From positions 248,001-312,000 of IMG/VR virus record IMGVR_UViG_3300032268_000986: 64,000 bases of DNA. One strand, given 5' to 3'. Position numbers and translations under genes: made by a program. The notes beneath the pieces are model-generated. The model saw only the letters and a list, made by a program, of their open reading frames with translations, was not told the origin of the DNA and did no database searches. Positions 56,750 through 64,000 of this stretch are shown piece by piece. The first letter of the stretch is position 1. Each line of letters opens with the position of its first letter.

Positions 56750-57861
56750 AGCTTTTCAAACTCACCTGCTTTGTCAGGATGGAACACAGTTTCGTTGTCC
56801 ACTATGTGTTGTTTGAATTGTTTTTCAATTCCAGGTCGGGCCTGTTTTATGTCACGATACATATTTAATGAGTTATCAAAAAATGCACGTTCAGCCGGAG
56901 TGGAGATCCCTAGATTGTAAAAACGTTCTATCTCAGAAATTGCTGCGGCTGCAACTTCTGGACCATGCAGAAATGGATCAAGATACTCTGGTTGAAACAG
57001 GTTCTGCCACAACACTGTGGTACCAGTTTGCTCGGCAAATTCGCGCAGTTCACAAATGCGTGTGGCATTGTAGATGTTGTACACTGCATGTATGCCACCC
57101 CACTGTCCTTGCGTTTTCATCAAGTCCTTGATCAGTTGCAAGTTGTGTTGAATTGTGCTCCAGGTGGCACCATGTCGCACATATTCAAGGCGATCACCGG
57201 TGTTATCAAAGCTCATGCTCCAGCCCACTTTGTTTCTAGTTGATAACTTTTGAAATATCTTGTTTGATTCTAGATCAACATTCAAGTTTGTAATCAGTGT
57301 GACAATTGCGTCCTTGGGTATGACATCCAACAAACGATTGTTTTCTGGCAACAACAAGGGCTCGCCGCCTACCAGCGCAACTTCATGTATGTGTTCGTAG
57401 TGCTGTTCAATGAAGTCACACACTGAATCGTAGTAGGGTCTTGCACCACTCTTGAATGGAATACCTTTGATGCCGGCCCATTTTGAGCTGCATGATTCAC
57501 CGCAGTAGTTACAACTCAGGTTACAAGTGGTATTCCAACGCACATCCACAATCACAGGATAGTGATATTTGTCTCCTGCTGTGGCATAATCAAAGTTGGG
57601 ATTTACATTGTTGTGCCAGGCCCGTTCAGAATCAGCACCAAATCGTTCTGCTCGCACACAATTGCTGCAATACTCATGTGGGATTCCTTGTGCAAGACTA
57701 TTGCGTATCTTGCCCATGAGATCAGAGTTTAAAATCTCAACAATGCTCTGTGAGTTCAAGTTGCCCAGCATGTTGGGATTGCCGGCACAGCAGGTTTTTA
57801 CATCGCCCCTGGGATTGATATGTAGGCCGCGCCAGGGAGCGGCACAATAGAAATTTGTCAT
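56719..57861 (-). CDS. radical SAM enzyme with N-terminal twitch-like Cys cluster
   Basis: CAAPW.GLHI.P.G.V.TCC, CSNC, CNLSCNYC, VGGEPL, ITN, SFDN.G.R.EYVRHG. Confidence 0.92.
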   Translation of the reverse strand: MTNFYCAAPWRGLHINPRGDVKTCCAGNPNMLGNLNSQSIVEILNSDLMGKIRNSLAQGIPHEYCSNCVRAERFGADSERAWHNNVNPNFDYATAGDKYHYPVIVDVRWNTTCNLSCNYCGESCSSKWAGIKGIPFKSGARPYYDSVCDFIEQHYEHIHEVALVGGEPLLLPENNRLLDVIPKDAIVTLITNLNVDLESNKIFQKLSTRNKVGWSMSFDNTGDRLEYVRHGATWSTIQHNLQLIKDLMKTQGQWGGIHAVYNIYNATRICELREFAEQTGTTVLWQNLFQPEYLDPFLHGPEVAAAAISEIERFYNLGISTPAERAFFDNSLNMYRDIKQARPGIEKQFKQHIVDNETVFHPDKAGEFEKLWPELSHLCK

Positions 57862-57875
57862 CCCGTATTTACGGG
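57862..57875 (-). promoter_or_regulatory. TAAATA late-promoter-like motif in a CCCGT-AAAT-ACGGG inverted repeat, 4 nt before the radical SAM ATG
   Basis: cccg TAAATA cggg ATG. Confidence 0.55.
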
Positions 57876-57879
57876 TGTT

Positions 57880-58317
57880 TTAGTTGCACCAAGATGTTTT
57901 GGCTTCGCCGTAGTATTCGCGGGCAAACCCGTTGGCAATCAGTTGCTGACGTAGGCTAACACCGTTTAACAGCACATCTCCCAGCACACGGCCACCATAC
58001 TTGTCCCAGTCCATGAGCACAATCTGTCGCTTTTGACTGGCAGCAATCAGTTGCTTGGTAAATGCTGTGGCAGCTTCACCACGTTGAGCTTCACTGGCAC
58101 ATTGAGCACGATGGCCCTTTTCAGGAGTGTCAACTCCGAACACACGGATACTGAGTTCCTGTTTGAGTGGTGCAGGCAACCATGTGGCTTGTATGCCCAC
58201 TGTGTCACCGTCTATGACTCTGGTGATTACGGCGTCATATGTGACACCGGGTTTTTGTCGGGGTTGTGCTAATACTAACACAGGAACGACGAGTAAGAGT
58301 AGGATGAGTTTTTTCAT
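57880..58317 (-). CDS. thermonuclease (SNase) family protein with signal peptide
   Basis: RVIDGDT, IR..GVDTPE, DKYGGRVL, L...G.AR.Y; N-terminal MKKLILLLLVVPVLVLA. Confidence 0.9.
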   Translation of the reverse strand: MKKLILLLLVVPVLVLAQPRQKPGVTYDAVITRVIDGDTVGIQATWLPAPLKQELSIRVFGVDTPEKGHRAQCASEAQRGEAATAFTKQLIAASQKRQIVLMDWDKYGGRVLGDVLLNGVSLRQQLIANGFAREYYGEAKTSWCN

Positions 58318-58324
58318 ATGGTAT

Positions 58325-58933
58325 TTAAGCTACTTGATATGTGCCAGAAAGATCAAAATGTGCGCCCGATTGCCAGGCGCCTGTGGCCGGAGTGTTGAAT
58401 TTCCAAACTAGATCGGTAGTGCTACCAGAATAATACAGTTTCATAACTGTGGTGCTGTCAATGACATCTGTGATTCCGGCAATATGGTATAAGGCAGGAG
58501 AACCAGCACCGGCTGTTTGATGCAGGCTGCCTCCGGCCAGTCTAAATGTGTTTAGTGCGGGGGTGGGCAGTGTAATCTGATATCCTGTGCTGCCAAAGTT
58601 GGTAACTCCTGTAAAATCCACATACACATGTATATACATCAGCGGACCCATACGCACATAAGATGCTGTAGCAGTGCCGCCGGCAAATGTGCCCGATCCG
58701 TCAGTGAACTGTGGGTTGAATGTTGTGGTGCTGGTAACGCCAGATCCGTATGCTACTAAATTTAAATTTCCGTTGACGTTGCCCACATAGATATCTTGTG
58801 TGAGTTGGTTGACTACTAATTCACTTGGGCGAGCAACACCATTGTAATCGCCAATGGTTTCTTGTGCATTGTCTTTCATCACAGCACGGCTTATGCCTGT
58901 GATGTTGTCGTATGGTGGGGGTGGATTGGCCAT
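58325..58933 (-). CDS. putative virion fibre-like structural protein
   Basis: Tandem TAAATA upstream (58958, 58966); YNG.ARP.ELVV....IYVG anchor; beta-sandwich-like C-terminus. Confidence 0.55.
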   Translation of the reverse strand: MANPPPPYDNITGISRAVMKDNAQETIGDYNGVARPSELVVNQLTQDIYVGNVNGNLNLVAYGSGVTSTTTFNPQFTDGSGTFAGGTATASYVRMGPLMYIHVYVDFTGVTNFGSTGYQITLPTPALNTFRLAGGSLHQTAGAGSPALYHIAGITDVIDSTTVMKLYYSGSTTDLVWKFNTPATGAWQSGAHFDLSGTYQVA

Positions 58934-58973
58934 GATCTCTAACTTTCCTTGTTAGAGTATTTAGCTATTTATG

Positions 58974-59354
58974 TTAATAGCCATTAAAGGGTCGGACTGG
59001 ACTCTGTGTGTCCACAAACGTGGGTTCTGTGCTGTCAGGGGTTGATACTAGTTGTTTGCCGTCCGGAGTGTTGGTCATGGTCAGTGCAGTATCAATTATT
59101 TGTGCGATTCCTGCGTTCATGCCAGCAATGACCCCGTGTTCGCCAAATGCAGTTTCACCGCTCCATGCTGGCAGGTTGTCGGTTAATCCATCTGTGCCTG
59201 CATCACTTCTGGCTCGTGCCATGGCCACACTGAATCTATAGTTGTTGTAGGGATCAGCAGCACTGAGCCCGGGAATCACATAGGTATGACGCATGGGATT
59301 GGCCTGCTCAGGTGGCAGGGATTTATGCTCGGTTACAAATTCACGGGCTCGCAT
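58974..59354 (-). CDS. putative head-internal protein, MRAREFVTE paralog 2
   Basis: N-terminus resembles T4 capsid-targeting sequence; paralog of 59354..59719. Confidence 0.6.
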   Translation of the reverse strand: MRAREFVTEHKSLPPEQANPMRHTYVIPGLSAADPYNNYRFSVAMARARSDAGTDGLTDNLPAWSGETAFGEHGVIAGMNAGIAQIIDTALTMTNTPDGKQLVSTPDSTEPTFVDTQSPVRPFNGY

Positions 59355-59719
59355 CAGTAACCCCCAAACGCCTTGACTGGACTTTGTTTGCCAGTGCTTG
59401 CTAGTTCTTCTGAATCCATGTCACCTGAATTCAAATCAGTATACTCAGCACCAGCTGCCTTGAATGCTTGTTTCAGCATTTCGTGTTCAATTTCTGTGTA
59501 AGGATAGGCACCACGTTTTTTTCCTATCCAACTTTTTTCATCCATGTCCAACACATCGCCTGATCCGTCGGCCATGGCCACTGCCATCATCACACGATTG
59601 AGAGTGTAGTCACTGTTGGTGCGTTCGCCATCGCTAAACGTGGTCAAGCCCACCGTGGCGGCTTGACGACGGTTGCCTATAGTACCATCGCGCTCAGTGA
59701 TAAACTCTCGTGCTCGCAT
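59354..59719 (-). CDS. putative head-internal protein, MRAREFITE paralog 1
   Basis: Shares MRAREF.TE start and QSPV..F.GY end with neighbour. Confidence 0.6.
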   Translation of the reverse strand: MRAREFITERDGTIGNRRQAATVGLTTFSDGERTNSDYTLNRVMMAVAMADGSGDVLDMDEKSWIGKKRGAYPYTEIEHEMLKQAFKAAGAEYTDLNSGDMDSEELASTGKQSPVKAFGGY

Positions 59720-60000
59720 TACGGTGTGTACACGCTGGACAGTGCCGAACTTGCTGTGCCCAGTTCAGTTGCTGTCCAATTTGAACCAGTCACAGTGACT
59801 TTGTTGCCAGCACCTGAGTATATTTCAACTGTGCTGTTGGCAGGTACTTGCACAGCAACAGTGTATAAATTTCCCACGGCAGCAGCCGATCCCAAGGCAA
59901 CTGCATACACATTGTAAGTCACTGCGGTGTTGCCTGTGGCAATACTGAGCTTGTCAGTGTAAACTGTGGCATTGGACAGTGTGGTGTATACGTTGGCCAT
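59719..60000 (-). CDS. small beta-rich virion-type protein (93 aa)
   Basis: Thr/Ala/Val-rich, coupled in late cluster. Confidence 0.6.
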   Translation of the reverse strand: MANVYTTLSNATVYTDKLSIATGNTAVTYNVYAVALGSAAAVGNLYTVAVQVPANSTVEIYSGAGNKVTVTGSNWTATELGTASSALSSVYTP

Positions 60001-60185
60001 TATTTCTTGTCCTGTGGAGGAGTTTGTGGAGGGATAGCAACCACTGGTTGAAACAAGTTACGAGTCTGATCCAACACACCAGGAATGTTTACAGGCTGTT
60101 GCTTGTAACCCTGTGTTGCAGGGCTGTGTGGATTCAACACTGGTAGTGTTGTCAGTACTGATTCTTTAATAATTTTTTGTGTCAT
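60000..60185 (-). CDS. small late protein (MTQKIIKES...); start probably 60185
   Basis: GGAG RBS, 1 nt after the upstream stop. Confidence 0.6.
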   Translation of the reverse strand: MTQKIIKESVLTTLPVLNPHSPATQGYKQQPVNIPGVLDQTRNLFQPVVAIPPQTPPQDKK

Positions 60186-60186
60186 A

Positions 60187-62289
60187 TCAAACTCCGTGTT
60201 TGCCTTTGTACTCTTTCCAAAGACCAGCCACGCTCTCACGTACTTTTTCCATGTCGCCGTCGCCGTCTAGGTCAGCTTCTTTCTTGCCATCGGCACGGGC
60301 CTTGGCCAGATTGCCAGTGAACTTGTTGCCTTCTTCGGTCTTTTCTTCGTCAACTTCTTTTTTCTTGACGCCGGCCATTTCCATCATGCGCTTGATGGCA
60401 TCTTCTTCTTCGGCAGCATAGCTTTGCTGACGTTCTTCTTGACTGGCCAGCACAGGTACTGTGCTCTGACCAGTTGACTTGGGACCGTTCAAGCCACCTG
60501 AGTATTCAAAGTTGTTGTCAGCCTGTTCAGTCTTGGTGGGATAGTCAGGAGAATTTTCATCCACCATGTCTGAACAACCACATGGGGCTTGATTGCAAGT
60601 TGGACAGGCTTCTTCACCGTGATCATGACCATGATCTTGTCCGCCACCAATACCGGCCATTTTGAGGATTTCTGCCAACTTGGCTGCATCTTCTTCAGTG
60701 GCTGTGACTGTTAGAGAACTGCCACCTTCGGTTGAGCTGCTCATGTTGATGCTCATGCTTTCAGCAATCATGCTTTCTAGTTCACGATTCATTGAATCAT
60801 AGATGCCCTTGCCAAAACTCATGCTGCCCTTGCCACCAGCAGCTGGAGCCACGCTGCCTGCTGTGGTGCTGGATTCGTCAACTTCTTTTTCTTTCTTCTT
60901 GCCTTCGGATTTTTTCTTTTCAGGCAAGCCCTTGTGCTTGGTGCTGGCAAAATCTTCAGCATCTTTTTTCTTCATGGTCTTGGCAACTTTGGCAACTTCT
61001 TTGCTGGGGGCTTTTTCGCCCTTTTGTGTTGCATGTACCATGCCCATGAACTTCTGCTGCTTCTTGCTTACTGCTTTTTCATCAAGCTCTTGTTCACCGT
61101 CTTTGCTGATTTTGTAGCCGGCTTTTTTCAGCAACTTCATAGCTGCTTTAACGTCGTCACCTTCTTCTTTGAGATTGTATTCTGGTCCAGAAGCAGTACC
61201 GCCCACACGTTGTGCCATTGGTCGCATACCAGCTCTATTAATCATCTGAGTTTGCTTGAGTCTTTGTGGATTTTTTTGTGCAAAGGCTAGCAGTTGACGA
61301 GCTGTGTTTTCATCGTAAGTTTCGACACTACCTGCGTCAGGATCAACTTCGGCGCCATTCATAGCAGCAATCTGATCAATCAATGTGTCATCTAAGATAG
61401 CAAAAGTTTGTTTCATTCCGCCGCTTTCTTTAGTCATTAACTTTGATCGGCCGCTTGGTCCCTTGGCACCGGTGCGATTGCTTGTGCCTTTGGGTCGGCC
61501 ACGACTGCGTTTTTCTCCGGCTGCTGGAGTTTCATCACCTGTGTTGGTTTCACCAGTCTTGGCATCGTAGGCACGTGTGTGACGAATACCAGTTGCTGTT
61601 TTTTCAATTTCGCCCTTGCTGGTCTTGACACGATCGCCCACACGCATGCCGCTGTGGTCGCCGGCACGGCGCTTGACGTCGGCCATCATGTCGTCCCAAC
61701 CTTCGTCCATTTCTGAGTTACGACCTCGGCCGCCGCCCAGGGCTGACTTCATGGCTTCTGCAGCCACATCGCCCAGCATCTCGTCAACTTCTTTCTTGGC
61801 GCCGGCAATTTTGTCGGCAAAAGTGATCTTGTCTTTTGGTTCGGCTAGTGCAGCAAAGCTCTTGGCCTTGGCCGGTGACATTTTTTCTTTGACTACCTTG
61901 GGATTTGGTTCACGGCCAGGCTTCATGCCAGTTTGTGGTACGCCCATTCTTTTCTGCAGGTCACGCATCATGTCTGCATCGCTGCCATGTCCCAGTGTGT
62001 CCAGGGCCTTGGAGCCCAGCTTTTTGGCAGCACCACCCACTTTCTTGACAATGTTGCCCAGGCCTTCGTCAACTTCGGTGTTGTCATATTTGTCATATTT
62101 GGCACGTACTGGGTCAAGGTCTTTGCCTTCACGTCCGGCCTTGGCCAAGGCTTCCATGCCTTCTTTGCCGTATTTTTCATAGCCCTTGGCAGCACGGCTC
62201 ATGTCACGCTCATTGAGCTGACCATGTGTTTTGCTTGGTGTGGCGCGGATCTCGTCCAGCTTTTTGTTTAAGTCGTAAAAAAATGTCAT
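60187..62289 (-). CDS. highly charged polyprotein-like head-internal protein with DUF3008-like module
   Basis: About 12 (V/L/M)xE sites; AVSKKQQKFMGMV...DFASTKHKGLPE module. Confidence 0.65.
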   Translation of the reverse strand: MTFFYDLNKKLDEIRATPSKTHGQLNERDMSRAAKGYEKYGKEGMEALAKAGREGKDLDPVRAKYDKYDNTEVDEGLGNIVKKVGGAAKKLGSKALDTLGHGSDADMMRDLQKRMGVPQTGMKPGREPNPKVVKEKMSPAKAKSFAALAEPKDKITFADKIAGAKKEVDEMLGDVAAEAMKSALGGGRGRNSEMDEGWDDMMADVKRRAGDHSGMRVGDRVKTSKGEIEKTATGIRHTRAYDAKTGETNTGDETPAAGEKRSRGRPKGTSNRTGAKGPSGRSKLMTKESGGMKQTFAILDDTLIDQIAAMNGAEVDPDAGSVETYDENTARQLLAFAQKNPQRLKQTQMINRAGMRPMAQRVGGTASGPEYNLKEEGDDVKAAMKLLKKAGYKISKDGEQELDEKAVSKKQQKFMGMVHATQKGEKAPSKEVAKVAKTMKKKDAEDFASTKHKGLPEKKKSEGKKKEKEVDESSTTAGSVAPAAGGKGSMSFGKGIYDSMNRELESMIAESMSINMSSSTEGGSSLTVTATEEDAAKLAEILKMAGIGGGQDHGHDHGEEACPTCNQAPCGCSDMVDENSPDYPTKTEQADNNFEYSGGLNGPKSTGQSTVPVLASQEERQQSYAAEEEDAIKRMMEMAGVKKKEVDEEKTEEGNKFTGNLAKARADGKKEADLDGDGDMEKVRESVAGLWKEYKGKHGV

Positions 62290-62294
62290 TTGAT

Positions 62295-62903
62295 TTATCC
62301 TCTTGGGTGTGCGCCTGTAGTAGGCTTTGGCGGACGCTTGACCTTGCTGAACGGGCTGTTGTTGCCCATTGGCAGATCATTTGTGGTTTTTGCCGGAGGT
62401 GTCTTGCCGCCAGCCACTGTGAAATCACTACGGTATGCATTTTTCAGCACAACATGATTGTATGGATCAGCTGAGTAATCTTTCTTCAATGCACGTTGCT
62501 CGGCATCGTCGGCAGGATAATCAGTGTCTTTCAACAGATCTTTGTTTTGATCTGTGATCTTTTCACTTTCTTGACGTAGACTTTCATCATGAGCACGAGT
62601 GCCCATGACAATACGATTTGGATCCATGCCTAGAATCTGTGCCAACTGTTTGATCTGTGGCTCGATTGCAGGGTAACGGAAGTCTACGTCAATAATGGTA
62701 ACAGGCTCGTTTTCAAAGGCCGGAAACTCTGGAATGCTTTTACGCACCGGAGTTGTCTTGGGGTCAGTCATCTTGGCGATGTCAAACTGAGCCAGTCGGG
62801 CTTTGAGCTGACGTACAAAGTCAGCTGGAGCGTCACCAACAATTTTAATGCGATATGTGTATACACGTTCGCTTTCAGCAAGATATTGTGCAAATGGTCT
62901 CAT
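62295..62903 (-). CDS. putative head protein (MRPFAQYLAE-S...)
   Basis: Capsid-targeting-like N-terminus; TAAATA at 62921..62926. Confidence 0.6.
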   Translation of the reverse strand: MRPFAQYLAESERVYTYRIKIVGDAPADFVRQLKARLAQFDIAKMTDPKTTPVRKSIPEFPAFENEPVTIIDVDFRYPAIEPQIKQLAQILGMDPNRIVMGTRAHDESLRQESEKITDQNKDLLKDTDYPADDAEQRALKKDYSADPYNHVVLKNAYRSDFTVAGGKTPPAKTTNDLPMGNNSPFSKVKRPPKPTTGAHPRG

Positions 62904-62923
62904 GGCGATTTCCTATTGAGTAT

Positions 62924-63412
62924 TTATTCTTTTTTGTCGTTTTGATCCACAGGAGGGCGCAAACGTGCCAGTAGATCATTACGACTAAGCACCACACTGG
63001 TGCCAGTTTGTGACACAGTTGCTTCAGGCGGTGTGGCTTGGTCTAGACGTGCTTTTTTCAGCTGCAAATCAATCATTTTGAGTTTTTTGTCTAGCTTGGC
63101 TGTTTTGGCTGTGATTGCATGTCCCAGCATGTTCGAAGCCACACTGAAGATATCACTGGCAAATCTTGAATCAACTTGCATGCCAAGATCCATGAGATCT
63201 CGATAGCTTTCGGTTGCCAGGCCAGCAAGTTCGTCCATTTCAGTGTCGGTTGCATCAAGGCCATTGACCGCAGGCAGTGCATTGTCAATTTTGTCAATGG
63301 CTTGATCAATGGCCTGAATCTGTTCACGCTGTTCTTCCACAGCAACAGGCAGATCTGTGTCAGGTGCAGCACCTGGGGGTAAATTAAACAGTTCTTCGAG
63401 TTTGCGAGTCAT
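62924..63412 (-). CDS. probable terminase small subunit (gp16-like)
   Basis: Helical ~160 aa, SR..DIFSVA..ML......, C-terminal V.LSRNDLL; TAAATA 4 nt before ATG. Confidence 0.55.
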   Translation of the reverse strand: MTRKLEELFNLPPGAAPDTDLPVAVEEQREQIQAIDQAIDKIDNALPAVNGLDATDTEMDELAGLATESYRDLMDLGMQVDSRFASDIFSVASNMLGHAITAKTAKLDKKLKMIDLQLKKARLDQATPPEATVSQTGTSVVLSRNDLLARLRPPVDQNDKKE

Positions 63413-63427
63413 GCCATATTTATGGGC

Positions 63428-63859
63428 TTACTGACGGCCGTTGTGAAACATGTCGGTCTCGGTGATGACTCTAAACATCATGCCGTTGCGGCGTGCCCAC
63501 TTGGTGGCAGCATCCCATTTGGCATAGTTGATGGCTATCACAGCACGATCACGACTGCTCATCTTGCTCTCTATAACACTTTGTTTTTTGGGTTTGATTT
63601 CAATCAGCTCGGCTCGCACAGTGTTGTCTCTGGTGCGATATGTGATCAAAAAATCCGGGATGTAGTTGGCTGTTTTGCCTGTGAGTGGGTGGCGATAGGG
63701 TATGGCTATGCTTTCACTGGCCCACTGCAAGATATGATCATTGGTGTCACAAAATCGCATGAAGCTGTGTTCCCAGCCTGATCGATAGTGAGGTGCGCCG
63801 CGGCCCACATACTTGGCTGGATTGACAACTTGGTAGTCGCCTTGTGCCCACTTGGCCAT
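63428..63859 (-). CDS. head completion nuclease (T4 gp4-like, PD-(D/E)XK)
   Basis: YRSGWE..FM.FCD, WASE.I.IPY, YIPDF, IEIKP, NYAKW.AA. Confidence 0.88.
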   Translation of the reverse strand: MAKWAQGDYQVVNPAKYVGRGAPHYRSGWEHSFMRFCDTNDHILQWASESIAIPYRHPLTGKTANYIPDFLITYRTRDNTVRAELIEIKPKKQSVIESKMSSRDRAVIAINYAKWDAATKWARRNGMMFRVITETDMFHNGRQ

Positions 63860-64000
63860 TATTGAACCACTGCTCGTGCAGCATAATAGTTGGGGGCCAC
63901 TGGAGCACCCACTCCCAACAAGGTCTCACGACTTCGAATACTGTTGAGGTAGTAGGCCAGGTTTACATCTAGATCCATGCCTCGAGGGCCTTGCAGTTGT
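63859..64000 (-). CDS. 3-prime end of a gene truncated by the window edge (...LAYYLNSIRSRETLLGV...)
   Basis: Open frame ending TAA overlapping the gp4-like ATG (TAATG). Confidence 0.65.
   Translation of the reverse strand, partial: QLQGPRGMDLDVNLAYYLNSIRSRETLLGVGAPVAPNYYAARAVVQ

Noticed and set aside
1-64000. Stop-codon reassignment as seen in some large phages
   Set aside because: Conserved genes are full length under the standard code and coding density is already near complete
1-64000. tRNA or rRNA genes
   Set aside because: No cloverleaf with a T-loop GTTC signature or rRNA-like segment was recognised in the few intergenic gaps; tRNAscan-SE would be needed to exclude them fully

Overview
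The window is a gene-dense, almost entirely minus-strand segment of a large T4-like (myovirus, probably jumbo-type) dsDNA bacteriophage genome, not a bacterial chromosome. Its host is probably Gram-negative: the phage encodes a beta-barrel outer-membrane protein and proteobacterial-type Isc genes. Core T4-like genes present: DNA ligase, class Ia ribonucleotide reductase (nrdA/nrdB) with glutaredoxin, PAAR spike tip, tail spike, exonuclease, gp41-like helicase, primase, gp62-like clamp-loader subunit, UvsW, UvsX/RecA, UvsY, gp32 SSB, terminase large and probable small subunits, and gp4-like head completion nuclease. Slotted between these is an unusually rich modification toolkit: an IscU/ErpA/IscA Fe-S assembly cassette, four radical SAM enzymes with N-terminal twitch-like Cys motifs, three SGNH-like proteins, a 2OG-Fe(II) oxygenase, a PRMT-like methyltransferase, and an 8.5 kb glycosyltransferase/methyltransferase/cytidylyltransferase cluster. 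Several of these units carry the same TAAATA late-promoter-like motif as the virion genes, suggesting a late-expressed virion-decoration system. Other stand-outs are a 186-aa minimal DnaE-like polymerase core, a Pol X-like nucleotidyltransferase fused to a KxDG ligase-like domain inside a probable capsid-internal-protein cluster, a polyprotein with about 12 protease-type sites, repeated early promoter/RBS cassettes and several apparently leaderless genes. No tRNA, rRNA, CRISPR array, integrase, transposase, intein or reverse transcriptase was recognised. All functional calls come from motif recognition by eye; no database searches were run.
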